DNA from: Neodothiora populina
Lineage: Eukaryota
Length of the DNA: 64,000 nucleotides
Direction: 5' to 3'
Assembly: GCF_041146345.1 (NCBI RefSeq)
Contig: NW_027191415.1
Coordinates: forward strand, 372,001-436,000
Shown here: positions 21,496 through 33,464 of the stretch, one piece after another
Position numbering within the stretch: position 1 is the stretch's first letter
Layout: every line of letters starts with the position of its first letter
Program-made: the position numbers and the translations under genes
Notes under the pieces: model-generated
The model's input: only the letters and a program-made list of their open reading frames with translations
Told to the model about the DNA's origin: nothing
Database searches by the model: none

Positions 21496-23652
21496 ATGGC
21501 TCGACCGCACCCTCTGCATTCTATCACTGCTTCCGAGGTCTCTGCAGCTTCAGCTATAGTCCGCGAGCTTGTCCAACAAAGCGACAAGGCCAATGGAACA
21601 CAGAGCAAACTCAGATTCAAAAATATCTCGCAACATGAGCCTCCTAAATCGATACTTTTGCCTTACCTTGACGCAGAAGCATCCGGCATTCCGGTAGACC
21701 AGCGACCTTTCGTTCCTCGATGTGTAGACGTGGTTTGGGCCATCAATAATGAACGTGATATATACGAGACAACAGTCAGCTTGGATGCAAAGACTGTGGT
21801 GTCTCAGTCAAAAGCCTTGCCTGGACAGCACTCTTCCTTGGACAGGTATGAGTTCGCTGTTCTATTGAGCATATCACATGCTTGCTAACACTCTCGCAGG
21901 GATGAGGTTCGAGGTGCAGCGACTAGAATCTTGCAGGATCCTATGGTCCTGGCAGCTATCAAGAAATTGAAGTTGCCCGAAGACACGATTGTACAGGCCG
22001 ATACATGGATGTATGGCGCGGACAAGTATTCGAATGTCAATACACATAAGATGCTACAAGTCCTGCTTTATGCTAGGGCACCAAGCAATGAGCCTGACTC
22101 GAATCAATACAGCTTCCCTCTGCCTATCTCACCCGCATTTGACATCTTCGAGGACAAGGTGCTTCGGATTGATGATTTAGCCACTGGTGGCGCGGATGAT
22201 GGGCTTGCCTACAAGACAGCCGGCGAGTATCCTATGGCTCATTGTGTGCCAAACGAGTACTATCCTACTCTACAATCCGAACCACCTAGAACGGATGTCA
22301 AACCTCTTCATGTGGTACAACCGGACGGACCCAGTTTCACAGTGACAGACGGCAACTGCATCTCGTGGCAAAAGTGGCGGTTTAGAGTCGGCTTTAACTA
22401 TCGTGAGGGCATGACTGTGCATGATGTCAGGTACGACGGACGTGCAGTCTTCTACAGACTCAGCGTCAGCGAGATGACTGTCCCTTATGGCGACCCGAGA
22501 AGTCCATTTCACCGTAAGCAGGCTTTCGACCTAGGAGATGCTGGCGCCGGAAGCACAGCCAACAATCTTTCTTTGGGCTGTGATTGCCTGGGCGCGATCA
22601 AATACTTCGGTGGCTGGCTCAACAATGACAAAGGCAAGCCCGTCCCGGCGGAGAATGTCATCTGTCTACATGAACAAGACTACGGCATAGGATGGAAACA
22701 TACGAATCATCGGACGCAGAATCCAGCTGTCGTGCGAGCACGAAATCTGGTGTTGCAAAGCATCCTAACGGTAGGTAATTATGAATACGTCTTCGCATGG
22801 ATCTTCTGGCAGAATGGAAACATAGAGCTTGAGACTCGCGCAACGGGCATTCTTTCGACCCACCTCATCGATCCAAACAAGACTTCTCCCTGGGGCAATG
22901 TAGTGTCACCTGGCGTGCTAGCGCCCAACCATCAACACCTTTTCTCTCTTCGCATCGATCCCATGATGGACGGACCCCAGAACACGGTACTCTACGAAGA
23001 TAGCGTTCCCGTTCCCCAAACCGAGGAAGAGAATCCGCACGGCAATGCCTGGAATATACAAAAGACATATTTCGATCGCTCAGGGTCAGCAGACGCGTCA
23101 CCCTTCACGAACCGAGCCTTTAAAATGGTCAACGAGAACGTGCGCAATCAGATATCCGGCAACCCAGTCGGCTACAAGCTCGTCCCTCAACCTTGCCAAC
23201 TCATCCTCGCGGGTCCGCAAAGCGTGGCGCGCAAGAGAGCCCGGTTCGCCGAACACCACATCTGGGTGACTCGATACCGCGACGGAGACCTCTGGGCCGG
23301 CGGCAAATGGCCGAATCAATCGCTCGAGGAAACCGATGGCGTCTACGATTACGCAGCGCGAAACGAAGATGTCCGCAACCAGGACCTCGTGGTCTGGCAT
23401 ACGTTCGGCATGACTCACAACCCCAGAGTTGAGGATTTCCCTGTCATGCCCGTCGAGATAACGACCATCAGTCTGAAGCCGGCGGATTTCTTTGACAGGA
23501 ACCCTGCGCTGGATGTGCCTGTCTCTACGCAAAATTTCAACAAGAGCACTCTTGTTCAGGACCCGTTTGCTGTTCCTGCTGTGAAGCTGGACCAGAAGGG
23601 AGCTTCCGATGAGGTTTCTTGCTGTGAGAGCGGGGCCAGGTCCAAGTTGTGA
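21496..23652 (+). CDS. Peroxisomal copper amine oxidase (intron 21846-21899)
   Basis: PHPL N-terminus, AFDLGD (catalytic Asp region), TVGNYEY (TPQ Tyr), HQH and WHTFGMTH copper-ligand motifs, EDFPVMP, C-terminal SKL (PTS1). Confidence 0.95.
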
Positions 23653-24160
23653 AGGTGTACATAGAAGTGTGAGACGTTAGGATGTGTATCAATGGCTGTC
23701 ATGTTTACGCGCTAAGTGGACGCAACCCCGTGTCAATAAAACATGGACATCATCAAATCTTCTCCTGCTCCTCTAAATGAATAGTGACAACACACATCGA
23801 CAGAATAGCTTGTAGGAAGTATCAATTGTGATATGAAGTGCAATTTTTAAGGTAAACGTATATATATGTTTTAGCAGACTAAAGCTCGGCGTCATCAAAG
23901 GGGCGTCAATTTTGTATGTAATTCGTATGTGTGATAAGGAGGAAAGCTCGTTGTTTGTACAATAGTTGCAATTGTCGGCATCCAGTCGTCCCGACATCCA
24001 GTTGTCCAAGGGAAGCATATGCGAAAAGAAGGCGTTATAGGTGATGACCAATATCATGGAAGTCACGTTAGCGCATGCCATCGTATAAGGTGTTCGTGAT
24101 CAGATATGCCTAGCATCATTGAAATGTTTACATGGAGTAGCGTCAGAAGCGCTGCGCTCA

Positions 24161-27100
24161 TCATCTCGAGGTACTGGCTTGCGCCTTGCTGACGTGGAAT
24201 CTGCTGGCGCTCTCGGGTCTCGTATCCTTTCCCTCGCCATGAAAGAAGGTGCACTGAAACTGCAACAGACTTTTGCCTGAACAGATGGTAATGATATCAC
24301 CAGTATACACCCGACCACAGAGCTTCCGGCCGTCCTTGTCTTTAGGCAATAGTCTATGTCCATTGACACCGATGCCGTACTTTCCCTCCGTGGCTAGAAG
24401 ACAGTGGAGGCCCGGTAATTTAGTCCAATCGTCGCCGAGCCGCTCCGCCTGTTCGATGCCTTTGGCATGGAAGTATAGGATGAATCCAACTTTGGGGACG
24501 CGGGTATCCACTGGGTCAGGAAAGACGAAAGTGTTGCCTAAGGCGCGACCCCAACTGGTAACGCGCGATGATAGATCCATGCTGTAATCGACAAAACTGT
24601 CAGGTGTGCTACTCAGACGGCCGAGTCGTGGTGCAGGGCGTACGAAAACGCGTCCTATCGATTGAGGCGGTGCTTCTATTTCGCTGGCTTCGGATGACGA
24701 AAGAGATCCAACAGAACTATGTCTGGTTGAAGGAAGAGAGTGGAAACTCTCGGCTGGCATTACATTGTTGGTCGTAAAGTCATACCCGGAGATTGACGAC
24801 GCGTACTCCGGGTTATGCGTACTTGGGTCGTTCGGATCGTAGAAGAAGGAAGCAGTGACAGGTAAGGTTATCTGTCTACTGTATCGTGGCTCCTTTGGTG
24901 TCAACTCAGCAGGCTTCGGGGTCTCCTCAGTAGCGCTACCAGCTTGGCCTAGCGAAGCTTGTGGCGGGGTTTCTGGGGTCTTCGGAGTCTGCGGTTCGTT
25001 GATATCAGCCGTAGGCGATCCTGCGGAGCCTCCCGGGGAGTCCATCTTCAAATCCCTCATATCAGGCTCCACTCCCTCTAGGCTGGACGAGCTTGGCGTA
25101 GCAGGTAGGCCACGACTCATGGGTCTGCCTTGCTGATAGTCTTCCCCTAGCGCTTGATTGTACCGACTCGCCGCGGACGCGAAGAGCTGCTCATGCGCAA
25201 CCATGCTGCTAGTAGCATATGCAGAAGAACCCGCTGACGGCGCGTCGAGTCTAGGCATAAATTGGGTGCCGCGCATGCCGAAGACGCCAGAACTCTTCAA
25301 CGGAGACGGCTCTATCTCGCCAAAGAGAGGTCGATCCAGCTCTCCCTGACTAGTAGAAACCAAAGCGCCGGTAATGGGGGGAAACAATAGTTGGTCTTTG
25401 AAATGATATGCTGGCGTGCTCGTTGGAGGTTGAGTGGCAGCTTTCTGGTGAAGGCGAGGAGCATGCTTGACACGTTTGGATTGCCGGGGATCAAGGTACT
25501 CAAGGTCGGAAGAGCTGAAGCTAAATTCTGCTTTATGATCGCTACCTTCTTTGCCGCCGTCGCGAAGGCTCAGCTGTGAAAAGTCGGGGGTAGCGCCTGC
25601 GTCGGCTTCATCTTCTTCGTTGATAGTACCCAAGCCCATTTCCGAAGTTGGAGAATCGATGAGAGAACCCGAGCGCTCAAACCATGGATGTAATAAACAC
25701 TTCTCTGGGGTTGGTCGTTCAGCTGGATCGGTGTCTAGCATTTGCTCCAGTAAGTCAATTGCGACCTCGGATATCCCATGTTCATGGAGTAAGGTAGGAT
25801 CAAGTCGAGTTGTCATGATTTTGTCGAACATGCCTCTCCCAGTGGCATCCGCCACTCCCTCGAAAGGTGGTCTGAGACACATCGCATACCACAAAACACC
25901 ACCGAGTGACCAAATATCAACGGACTGGCTGTACATGTGATACTTTGGGCGTTGAGGGGTACCGCCCCTGCGTTCTTTCCGCTTGCTGCCAGATTTTCCA
26001 TGCGCAGCTAAGAAGTTATCGTAATGGGGAAAAACTTCCGGCGCGCAGTAGAGCAGGGTGCCGCAAAATGTCTTCAAGAAGGTGTCGTTATCCTTTACCA
26101 CCTTCGAAAGGCCAAAGTCGGAGAGCTTGATTGAGAAGCTATCATCACTATCATTAGCGATCAAAATATTGTCGGGCTTGATATCGCGATGCGTGATACG
26201 CTTCTTATGCAAGTAAGTTAGAGCGCTAAGGACTTGTTCGGCCACGATGTTTGCCAGATCTTCCGGCAATGCACCGTTTGCTTGTAGCCACTGTTGGAGA
26301 TCACCGCAAGGTACATATTCCATGATAATGTACAGGTGCTTCTCAACATCCCTGTAATCGACGTATCGGACGACATGTGGGTGATCGATGGTCCTCATGA
26401 TCTGTAGTTCGTTGTCCAGCTTCCGATCAAGGATTCCGTTTTTCATGAACCTCCTCTTCTCTAGTTCTTTAGCAGCAAAGAGTTGACCATCACGCTTGGT
26501 AGCGAGCCTGTACACCGTTGCAAACGCCCCTTTGCCAAGATGACCAACAACATTATAGTGATCGCCTCCGTTCCACTTCATGCCCCACGTGTTCTGGATC
26601 ATGGACGGTCTGACCATCGGCAAGTTTCCTGTAGCAGCAAGACGTGGATAGGCTGCTTTTATGCCTCCTTCTTGAGCAAGTTGATGGCCCTTGGCGGCTT
26701 CCGCAAGCGCTGTATCCTGCATGAATGAGTAGAGCCTTGCGTTGAACTCTTCCATGTGACTTTCTCTCGAAGGAATCCTTAGGATGAATTTGACGACCTC
26801 GTCAGTCTTAGGGGAGAGAATCTCGACAATGGAACCAGCGTTAAGCATCCGGGTGGCTGACTGAGGGTTGCCCTTGCCTTTGAGAATGATTGTGTCGACC
26901 ACAGTGCCGTTCGTAGAGAGATCTTCAAGCATGCAGACTCCATTAGAATTGACAAAAATGCGAAAATGTGTGTTGCTAACTCGCTTGACAGTGTCAGTGC
27001 CAATGACAATATCGCAACGAGATCGATTGCGCCCGAAGACAAAACCACGAGCGGGATCCATCCTTCTAGACGAGAAGCGCAATGCCAGGTCCAGGGGTTG

Positions 27101-27430
27101 GGGCCGATTTCTTCCATTCAGAATGAATGTCTCGACTTCTTCGACTTCAGCCTGGCTTAGACCATCATTGTAGACCTCGGCTACATTCTGTAGAACGTGC
27201 TGGGGCAATGTCCGAGCAGTGCTCTCTACAATACTGAAGGCTGCTGGAGAACAAGGATGTAAGATACAGAGAACATCGGCGAGATTGACGTCGCTAGGTG
27301 TTGGACCGGGAGTATCTGAACGCCTGGGATCATAGGTTCCTTGTGTAGGCTGGGTCGGGGTGCCATTTTCTAAACCTGCAGCATCGTCCTCGGTAGCTCT
27401 AGTCACAGCTCTATTTGGGTGCGTTGGCAT
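24161..27430 (-). CDS. Rad53/Chk2-family checkpoint kinase (TQ cluster, FHA, kinase, probable second FHA)
   Basis: PTQPTQ; FHA (FGRNRSRCD, VSNTHF, DLSTNGT); kinase (GKGAFATV, AAKE, HRDIKPDN, DFG, TFCGTLLYCAPE); C-terminal WGRALGN..RVPK..VNG FHA-like segment. First ATG at 27430. Confidence 0.88.
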   Translation of the reverse strand: MPTHPNRAVTRATEDDAAGLENGTPTQPTQGTYDPRRSDTPGPTPSDVNLADVLCILHPCSPAAFSIVESTARTLPQHVLQNVAEVYNDGLSQAEVEEVETFILNGRNRPQPLDLALRFSSRRMDPARGFVFGRNRSRCDIVIGTDTVKRVSNTHFRIFVNSNGVCMLEDLSTNGTVVDTIILKGKGNPQSATRMLNAGSIVEILSPKTDEVVKFILRIPSRESHMEEFNARLYSFMQDTALAEAAKGHQLAQEGGIKAAYPRLAATGNLPMVRPSMIQNTWGMKWNGGDHYNVVGHLGKGAFATVYRLATKRDGQLFAAKELEKRRFMKNGILDRKLDNELQIMRTIDHPHVVRYVDYRDVEKHLYIIMEYVPCGDLQQWLQANGALPEDLANIVAEQVLSALTYLHKKRITHRDIKPDNILIANDSDDSFSIKLSDFGLSKVVKDNDTFLKTFCGTLLYCAPEVFPHYDNFLAAHGKSGSKRKERRGGTPQRPKYHMYSQSVDIWSLGGVLWYAMCLRPPFEGVADATGRGMFDKIMTTRLDPTLLHEHGISEVAIDLLEQMLDTDPAERPTPEKCLLHPWFERSGSLIDSPTSEMGLGTINEEDEADAGATPDFSQLSLRDGGKEGSDHKAEFSFSSSDLEYLDPRQSKRVKHAPRLHQKAATQPPTSTPAYHFKDQLLFPPITGALVSTSQGELDRPLFGEIEPSPLKSSGVFGMRGTQFMPRLDAPSAGSSAYATSSMVAHEQLFASAASRYNQALGEDYQQGRPMSRGLPATPSSSSLEGVEPDMRDLKMDSPGGSAGSPTADINEPQTPKTPETPPQASLGQAGSATEETPKPAELTPKEPRYSRQITLPVTASFFYDPNDPSTHNPEYASSISGYDFTTNNVMPAESFHSLPSTRHSSVGSLSSSEASEIEAPPQSIGRVFVRPAPRLGRLSSTPDSFVDYSMDLSSRVTSWGRALGNTFVFPDPVDTRVPKVGFILYFHAKGIEQAERLGDDWTKLPGLHCLLATEGKYGIGVNGHRLLPKDKDGRKLCGRVYTGDIITICSGKSLLQFQCTFFHGEGKDTRPESASRFHVSKAQASTSR

Positions 27431-30400
27431 TATAATATGCTCGAGGCTTGAACCAGAATATTGTAGGGACGATGAACAAAATTTCCGATGTAAACAATCG
27501 CCAGATAACGACGGGAAGGCGCAGCTCAAGAGTGGCGCGCCTGGTCGAGCTACCTAACGTACGCAGCGATTCCGCCTCCACGCACGTGAAGCTGCTGTGG
27601 TCTCGACACAATATGGTGTCTTCAACGATGCGACACTTGGGTATAATATTGGTCTATTGACTGAGAAAACCCCAGCCGCAGCCCACGGGCGACTAGGGCC
27701 GGGGTGTAGATCGAGTATTTGTTAGATAAAAAGAGAAGCTGACAACGTGATTCGCCCTTTGGTTATGATGGAGATTGTCCAACAACAATAACTCTTGGTA
27801 GGATTCCCAGGGCCAAAAAGGGCACGTCAATGTCGAGGTTGTGTATGGGCGTGGAGGTGTTTTGTCTCAGATTTCTACACGCTAGTAGATCAGGCAGCGG
27901 AGAGACTGTCTAGGAGATGTGACAATGGTTGCCTCAAATTCGATCAGGCATACGACAATCCTCGATGTAGCGACAGTACAACTCGCGCGCCGCAAAGATG
28001 GCTACAAATGCTAACCGGGACTACAGCGATGTCACATCGGCAAGGGCGTGTTGTTGAAATTGACGAAGTCAAGGATTACTCGATCGCGCGCGTAGAGATT
28101 CTACTTTGGGCGCGATTACCTAACGCTCACCCGCAGCTTCTAAAGATCAATTTGGTTAGACTAACCTCCACCTCCCGGCGCGGCCCTTGTGCCCGTTTAG
28201 CTCTTTTGGGACACATGTTCCCGTACGAAGAAGTGGTATAGATGTTCTCAAGTACAGTTCAGGTACAGCATTAAGTGTCGTCCTTAAATTTTGTGACAAT
28301 CGACTCATGATTCCGATCCTACCAGCCGTCAAGTTCTGGACTGGTCCCCTGTACAGCCAGGTGGCCAAACTCGCAGTTGCCTTCACCTTTACCTACGTCA
28401 AGTCCTAGCCTGCAGATCGATTTGGTGCCTTCCTGCGGTCGATCCGCAGCATCTTTAATTGCCATGCTGCTTGTACAGTACAGTGGTTGCTTGAGGTCCT
28501 CTTCCGAATCTTCGCACTTAATAGTGCTTGCACTGACACACTTCTAATGCGATCGGATCCGGAAAGGTGACGGATATCGCTGGTAAATGCATTCCGGCAT
28601 GGAATCAAGCAGTATACTGGATTCAAGTATATTGTCGTCCTGTTGTATGGGCTGGAGCATAGATTTTTATCACAATAATAGCATGCATATGACTCAAGGC
28701 CTGTGCGCGCGTCCGGACTGCGCACGGCATGGACAGACGTGATGTAGCCAGAATATTCTGAATTGTGGATAAAGCAGGTATACAAATGTTCTTCCGTACG
28801 AAAGACTTTTGCGAGGTGCGCTTGAAGGATTGCCATGTCTTACCACGCCTCTCAATTTTCCGATTTATGCTTTAAAACAACCGTCTCATATGCTACACAG
28901 CGCACAGCTCAAGTCAGGTTTGCGTAATTGATACGAGTAGAAGAATGGCCCACTCACAGCCTCAGAGGACCACGAACAGTTGCCTTCGTTGTTGATGAGA
29001 TGTAACAGAATATGCCACCAGTACAGATTCCGCAAGACCTAGAACAGATCAACGCAAGCTTTGGGTTCAAACATGTGTGAGAACTTGTAATGCTCTTCCA
29101 TCTGCAGTACAGCTTCAGTGGGGTTGATGCCCAATGTGAAGTTTGCCTGGTCTGTACTCATACCGCTTAGGGGCAATCTCGAACAGGGAGCAGCAGTCGT
29201 CTCCACCAACGCATTCCGATTCGTTCGATCGACTTACTTTGATGATGCAATCTGGCACCGCAGATGAAATACGCGCAAGATACGACAACTATGGAGGTAA
29301 GGGTTTCCAGTGCTTGGACCCACCGCGCGTAGGGCGGATTATCTGCTTGGGCAGTATGCCACCCTCTGACCCATGGAATAGAGTTCGCGGAGAAACTTGC
29401 GTAGGTACAGCCATCAACCTTACCGGAATCTCCCCAAGGTACTGTACCTAAGGCACTTCCCGTTGAAGGTGTGTAGACACTGTGTAGACAGGTAGAACAT
29501 AGCGTCTTCACGGACCCCCGGTTTTCATACACGTGCTGCTCCGCCTTGGCTAGAGTTCATGGGTCGAAATTGAACTAATGCACCTTGTCGATCTAGCATG
29601 GCTGAGCAGGTTTTGTATCCTGATATCGGTATGTTGATTCGAACGTACCTTGAGATAAAGTACCTGTAGCGGTACAAGTACTTGTGCAGCGGGTAATTGC
29701 ATATAGCCGAGAGAGAGTAACGAAAGGGGTCTGCTGTTACAACGGGCTACGTCCCCCATGTGCAAAAGCTGCGTCGCACCACCAATAGACAAGAGACGTC
29801 CAATGGGCTGAGGGGAAGATACTGTGATACTTGTACCATTGTGCATGCACGAGTGTCGACGATCTGCTATGACGCGCGATCTATGGGTAATCTATCATTT
29901 TCCCACAGATCGAAAGGGTCCATTTGCTGACCTTCTCCTCATAAGCTTCTCAGATTCGTAGCATAGCACTGAATCGTGTCGCTAAAGAATGCCATATCTT
30001 TTGTCTAGTCCGCCAAGCAAGAGATACTGTTCTAACCGCTAATCACCCAAGTGGCAAGTACGTGGACAAATCCCCCCCTCTCCCCAACTGTGTTCACTGA
30101 CGTCTCGGGTGCTGGGCATCACAATTAAGACATTGGGGTGTGCTCGATGTACACCCGAATGAGGGGAGAGACACGCCGTTAAGACGACGGCGCAAGTCCT
30201 TTCCTGGAGAAACTCAGCATGGCCTCATGGCTTAGAGTAGCTTGGCTTGTTTCATAGGTGTCAAACGAGGTCATGAAAGCGCAGACAGCTTGGCACATGG
30301 ACGGTCCCAGCCCTGTGCAAATCACGGCTCTTCTTATACCGCCGAAACGTTCTTATGATGGCTGCCAGATCACTGGAACCCCTTCCCATCTTTGGCAGCA

Positions 30401-30881
30401 GAGCTCCTCATTGGTGGATCATCGACCTGTCAGCTGGTACTAGCAACCGGTGGAATCGTCGACCCTGATCTAAAATAAATAAAGACTTCTAAGGTTGAAC
30501 ATCCGAATCCTTCGCATATGCCAAGCGGAAACAGCTTACGATTGCCACTACCGTATTATGCTCAAGACACCGATCATTGCCGCGACTTAGCGAGCCTAAA
30601 TTTCGTACCAGCTTGAGTCTACGACGAGCAGGCCACCTAAGTTTATCGTATACTGGAGCCGATGGTTGACTAGGACTAAGTGACCCTCGCGACTATGATG
30701 AGGCTCTTAACAGTACCTCAGCATGTGCACTGAGGGCCATGGCGAGATATCAAAGGTAGTAAGTATATAGTCCCTCACCAAGAACAAGCCGGACTTTTCA
30801 CGTCCAATTTTGCCATTTTACAGTTGCCATCTTCGCTATACTTTTCGTATTTAAAAGGACTATCAAGCTATCTCATTTCCA

Positions 30882-32453
30882 ATGCCTAAGAGGTCTGCAG
30901 GCTGCTATACGTGCCGCCGACGTAAGGTGCTTTGTGATTTCGCTCGCCCTTTCTGCAGGAACTGTGTAGATAGGTCTCGCGAGTGCTTGGGCTATCGCCC
31001 TGCAATCGACCCTCCTGGTCACAAGTTCCAAGACCAGACGGACAAGGTTGTTGCCCGAGCTGCTGGTGGCACGAGCAAGCACGGCGACAGAGCCTCAAGA
31101 CGGCAAAGCTCATCATCCACAAGTGCTTCACCAACGCTGGTCACAACAGACTACCAAATACGTGCACAATGGCAACGATGGCGGACAGTCTCTCCCATGA
31201 GTGCCTCTTCTATGAATCAAATACAACTACTCGGTAAATTTCTCGACATGAGTTTTCCCGATGGCAGTTCCAGACATGTTCCTCCACAATTTGAGTGGAT
31301 GAGAATGCTTCCCAGCATGACCCCTCGAGGAGATACATTGCCTGCAGCGGTCAGTGTACTCTGCAGTGTATATCTCGGAACTATTCACCAGGACTCGAGT
31401 CTTCTACAAGCATCTCGCATCTACTACACAACAGCATTAAAGAAGCTATCACTGGCTGTAGCACGACCAAGGCCGGACGAATACGAAGAGACGCTAGCTG
31501 CAATTATGCTGTTGACGCTCTGTGAGGTATGATGCCGCCTATGTAATCTTCTAAATTCAAATACTGACTAAAGTGATCAGCTTTTCCACGTAATTTCAGG
31601 GGATGGGAGCGGGTGGGAGGCTCACGTACGTGGAGCCGGTAGCTTTCTACAGACCCATGGACCATCGGCATTCAATAATCGAAATAGACGACTCTTACTA
31701 CAGGACGCCCGGATATGTTCCGTCCTACTCGGTACACAGCATCGTCAGAGCATATTCCTCGCCGACCCAACTTGGCTCAGTGTCACGAGGGAGGATTCCG
31801 CTTGCGATAGTTATTCGGCGATAATGGATATATGCGTGCGGATTCCTACGCTGCTGGACCAATGCGCGAGACAGACCGACACCAATGACACAAAAGACGT
31901 AATGCGAGTATTGGAGCTGGCCGACAACCTCCGTCAGGAGCTTGCCTCATGGGCGGACAAACATCAACAACACTGGGGCTTCGAGACAGTCAAGACACGA
32001 AGTCCCTCCTTCTGGGACACGAATTCAAAGGAAGCCCTGCCGCTTCACTATGCCTTTCCAGATGTGCGATCGGCTTGCCTACACTTGTACTATTGGTCTT
32101 CCAGACTTACCATATCAAAGTGCGTGACAGAGACCATGAGGGCATATCGATTGAGTCGCCTTGATATGAGCCTTATAGATGAGGCACACAAGGCAGAATC
32201 CGAACTACTCTTACTAGCTACCAAGGTCTGCCAAACGGTACCTTACGTTTGCCAGCGACCTAAAGGGCCTCTATCGATGGCATGCGGCTTGATCTGTCTC
32301 GTCGCAGCATATGAGGTTTTCGACTCGTCTGGTTACGAAGAACAAAGAATCTGGTGCGAACGAGCTTTCGTTCACATACGGGCGTCGGGGATCGTCCAAC
32401 CTGGTCCCTTTCCTGAGCCGAAATTAAAGAGCCCGAGACTGGTGTGTTACTAG
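30882..32453 (+). CDS. Zn(II)2Cys6 transcription factor (intron 31527-31580)
   Basis: CYTCRRRKVLCDFARPFCRNC..REC binuclear cluster. The GTATGA..CTGAC..CAG intron joins LTLCE to LFHV..WEAHVRGA, which stays open into the 31824 ORF. Confidence 0.9.
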
Positions 32454-32843
32454 ACCGCAAGATCTCGATGTAGGATAGCCGATCCCGATGAGAGATATAC
32501 AGTCAACAACCATTCGCTCTTGCATGTCTAGGCTACTCTACACATTGAACGGCACAACTAAGAAATGATGGCAGGACCATCATTAGCTTCTCAGAATATT
32601 ACATTATTAACTTCTACTACCGACGCGACGCAGTGCTGTTCCATGCGTGAGACTTGTAAACCTGTAAACTCCAAAGAAGCCGTGATAACGGTTGCAGCTC
32701 CCGCTAAATGCCAAGGCAAATCACCCGAAACCGGCAGAATCGACGGAAAACCCCCATTATGTGTACATTCGTCGCCTTTTTCTCTCTCCGAGAGAGCCCA
32801 ACAACAGCCGATCAATTGTTTGTTGCGCTAACCATTCCAACGG

Positions 32844-33464
32844 TCACATCAATCCACCATAGGCATCGTCAGGACGTTCCCATGAATTTCGAGATCTGGG
32901 ACGATGGCTGCAAGGCGTGTCCATCATTGTATTCGGACCGTAGCTGACCCACATGCCCCCAAACTTCTTCTTGTGTTTCTCATGCTGTTTATGGACCTGT
33001 GCATCTAAGGCTGGTATTGAGTTCCCTAGATGGTCGATGTGTGCGGGCGTGGCTTGCCGAGACTCACTCCGCAGCTTGTTTAACGCCTTAGTCGAAACAT
33101 CCATCACGCGGGCGGCATCGACATCATCATCAACCAGCCCTGCGTGCCGGAGCGCATCCATAGCGTTTCGAACCCAGATCTGAGATGGAGCGATGGCCTG
33201 ATGATGCAAAGTCTCTTCGGCTCTTTTGTCAACACAAGCAATCTCATTTTCCGCTAGCAACACCTTGAGCAAAAAGGCGTCGCTACGGACGTCGTTGTAT
33301 CTGCCATGGCTTTCGAACACCAGCGAAGCCGGGGCAGTCTCGAAATGGAACCATTTATTTGACTTTTTCGGCTCGACCAACAGCGCCCACGAGGCACCTA
33401 GAGGATCTGTGCTTGATGCGCTCTCTGCCAAGGCTACCATGTAGATACGGTTCGTCTTGGCCAT
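32844..33464 (-). CDS. Hypothetical fungal protein (about 206 aa)
   Basis: Long ORF with first ATG at 33464. Protein-like pattern WALLVEP..WVRNAMDALRHAGLV. No function recognised. Confidence 0.55.
   Translation of the reverse strand: MAKTNRIYMVALAESASSTDPLGASWALLVEPKKSNKWFHFETAPASLVFESHGRYNDVRSDAFLLKVLLAENEIACVDKRAEETLHHQAIAPSQIWVRNAMDALRHAGLVDDDVDAARVMDVSTKALNKLRSESRQATPAHIDHLGNSIPALDAQVHKQHEKHKKKFGGMWVSYGPNTMMDTPCSHRPRSRNSWERPDDAYGGLM

Noticed and set aside
4066..23652. Secondary-metabolite biosynthetic cluster
   Set aside because: No backbone enzyme (PKS, NRPS, terpene synthase, prenyltransferase) or repetitive RiPP precursor is visible in the window.
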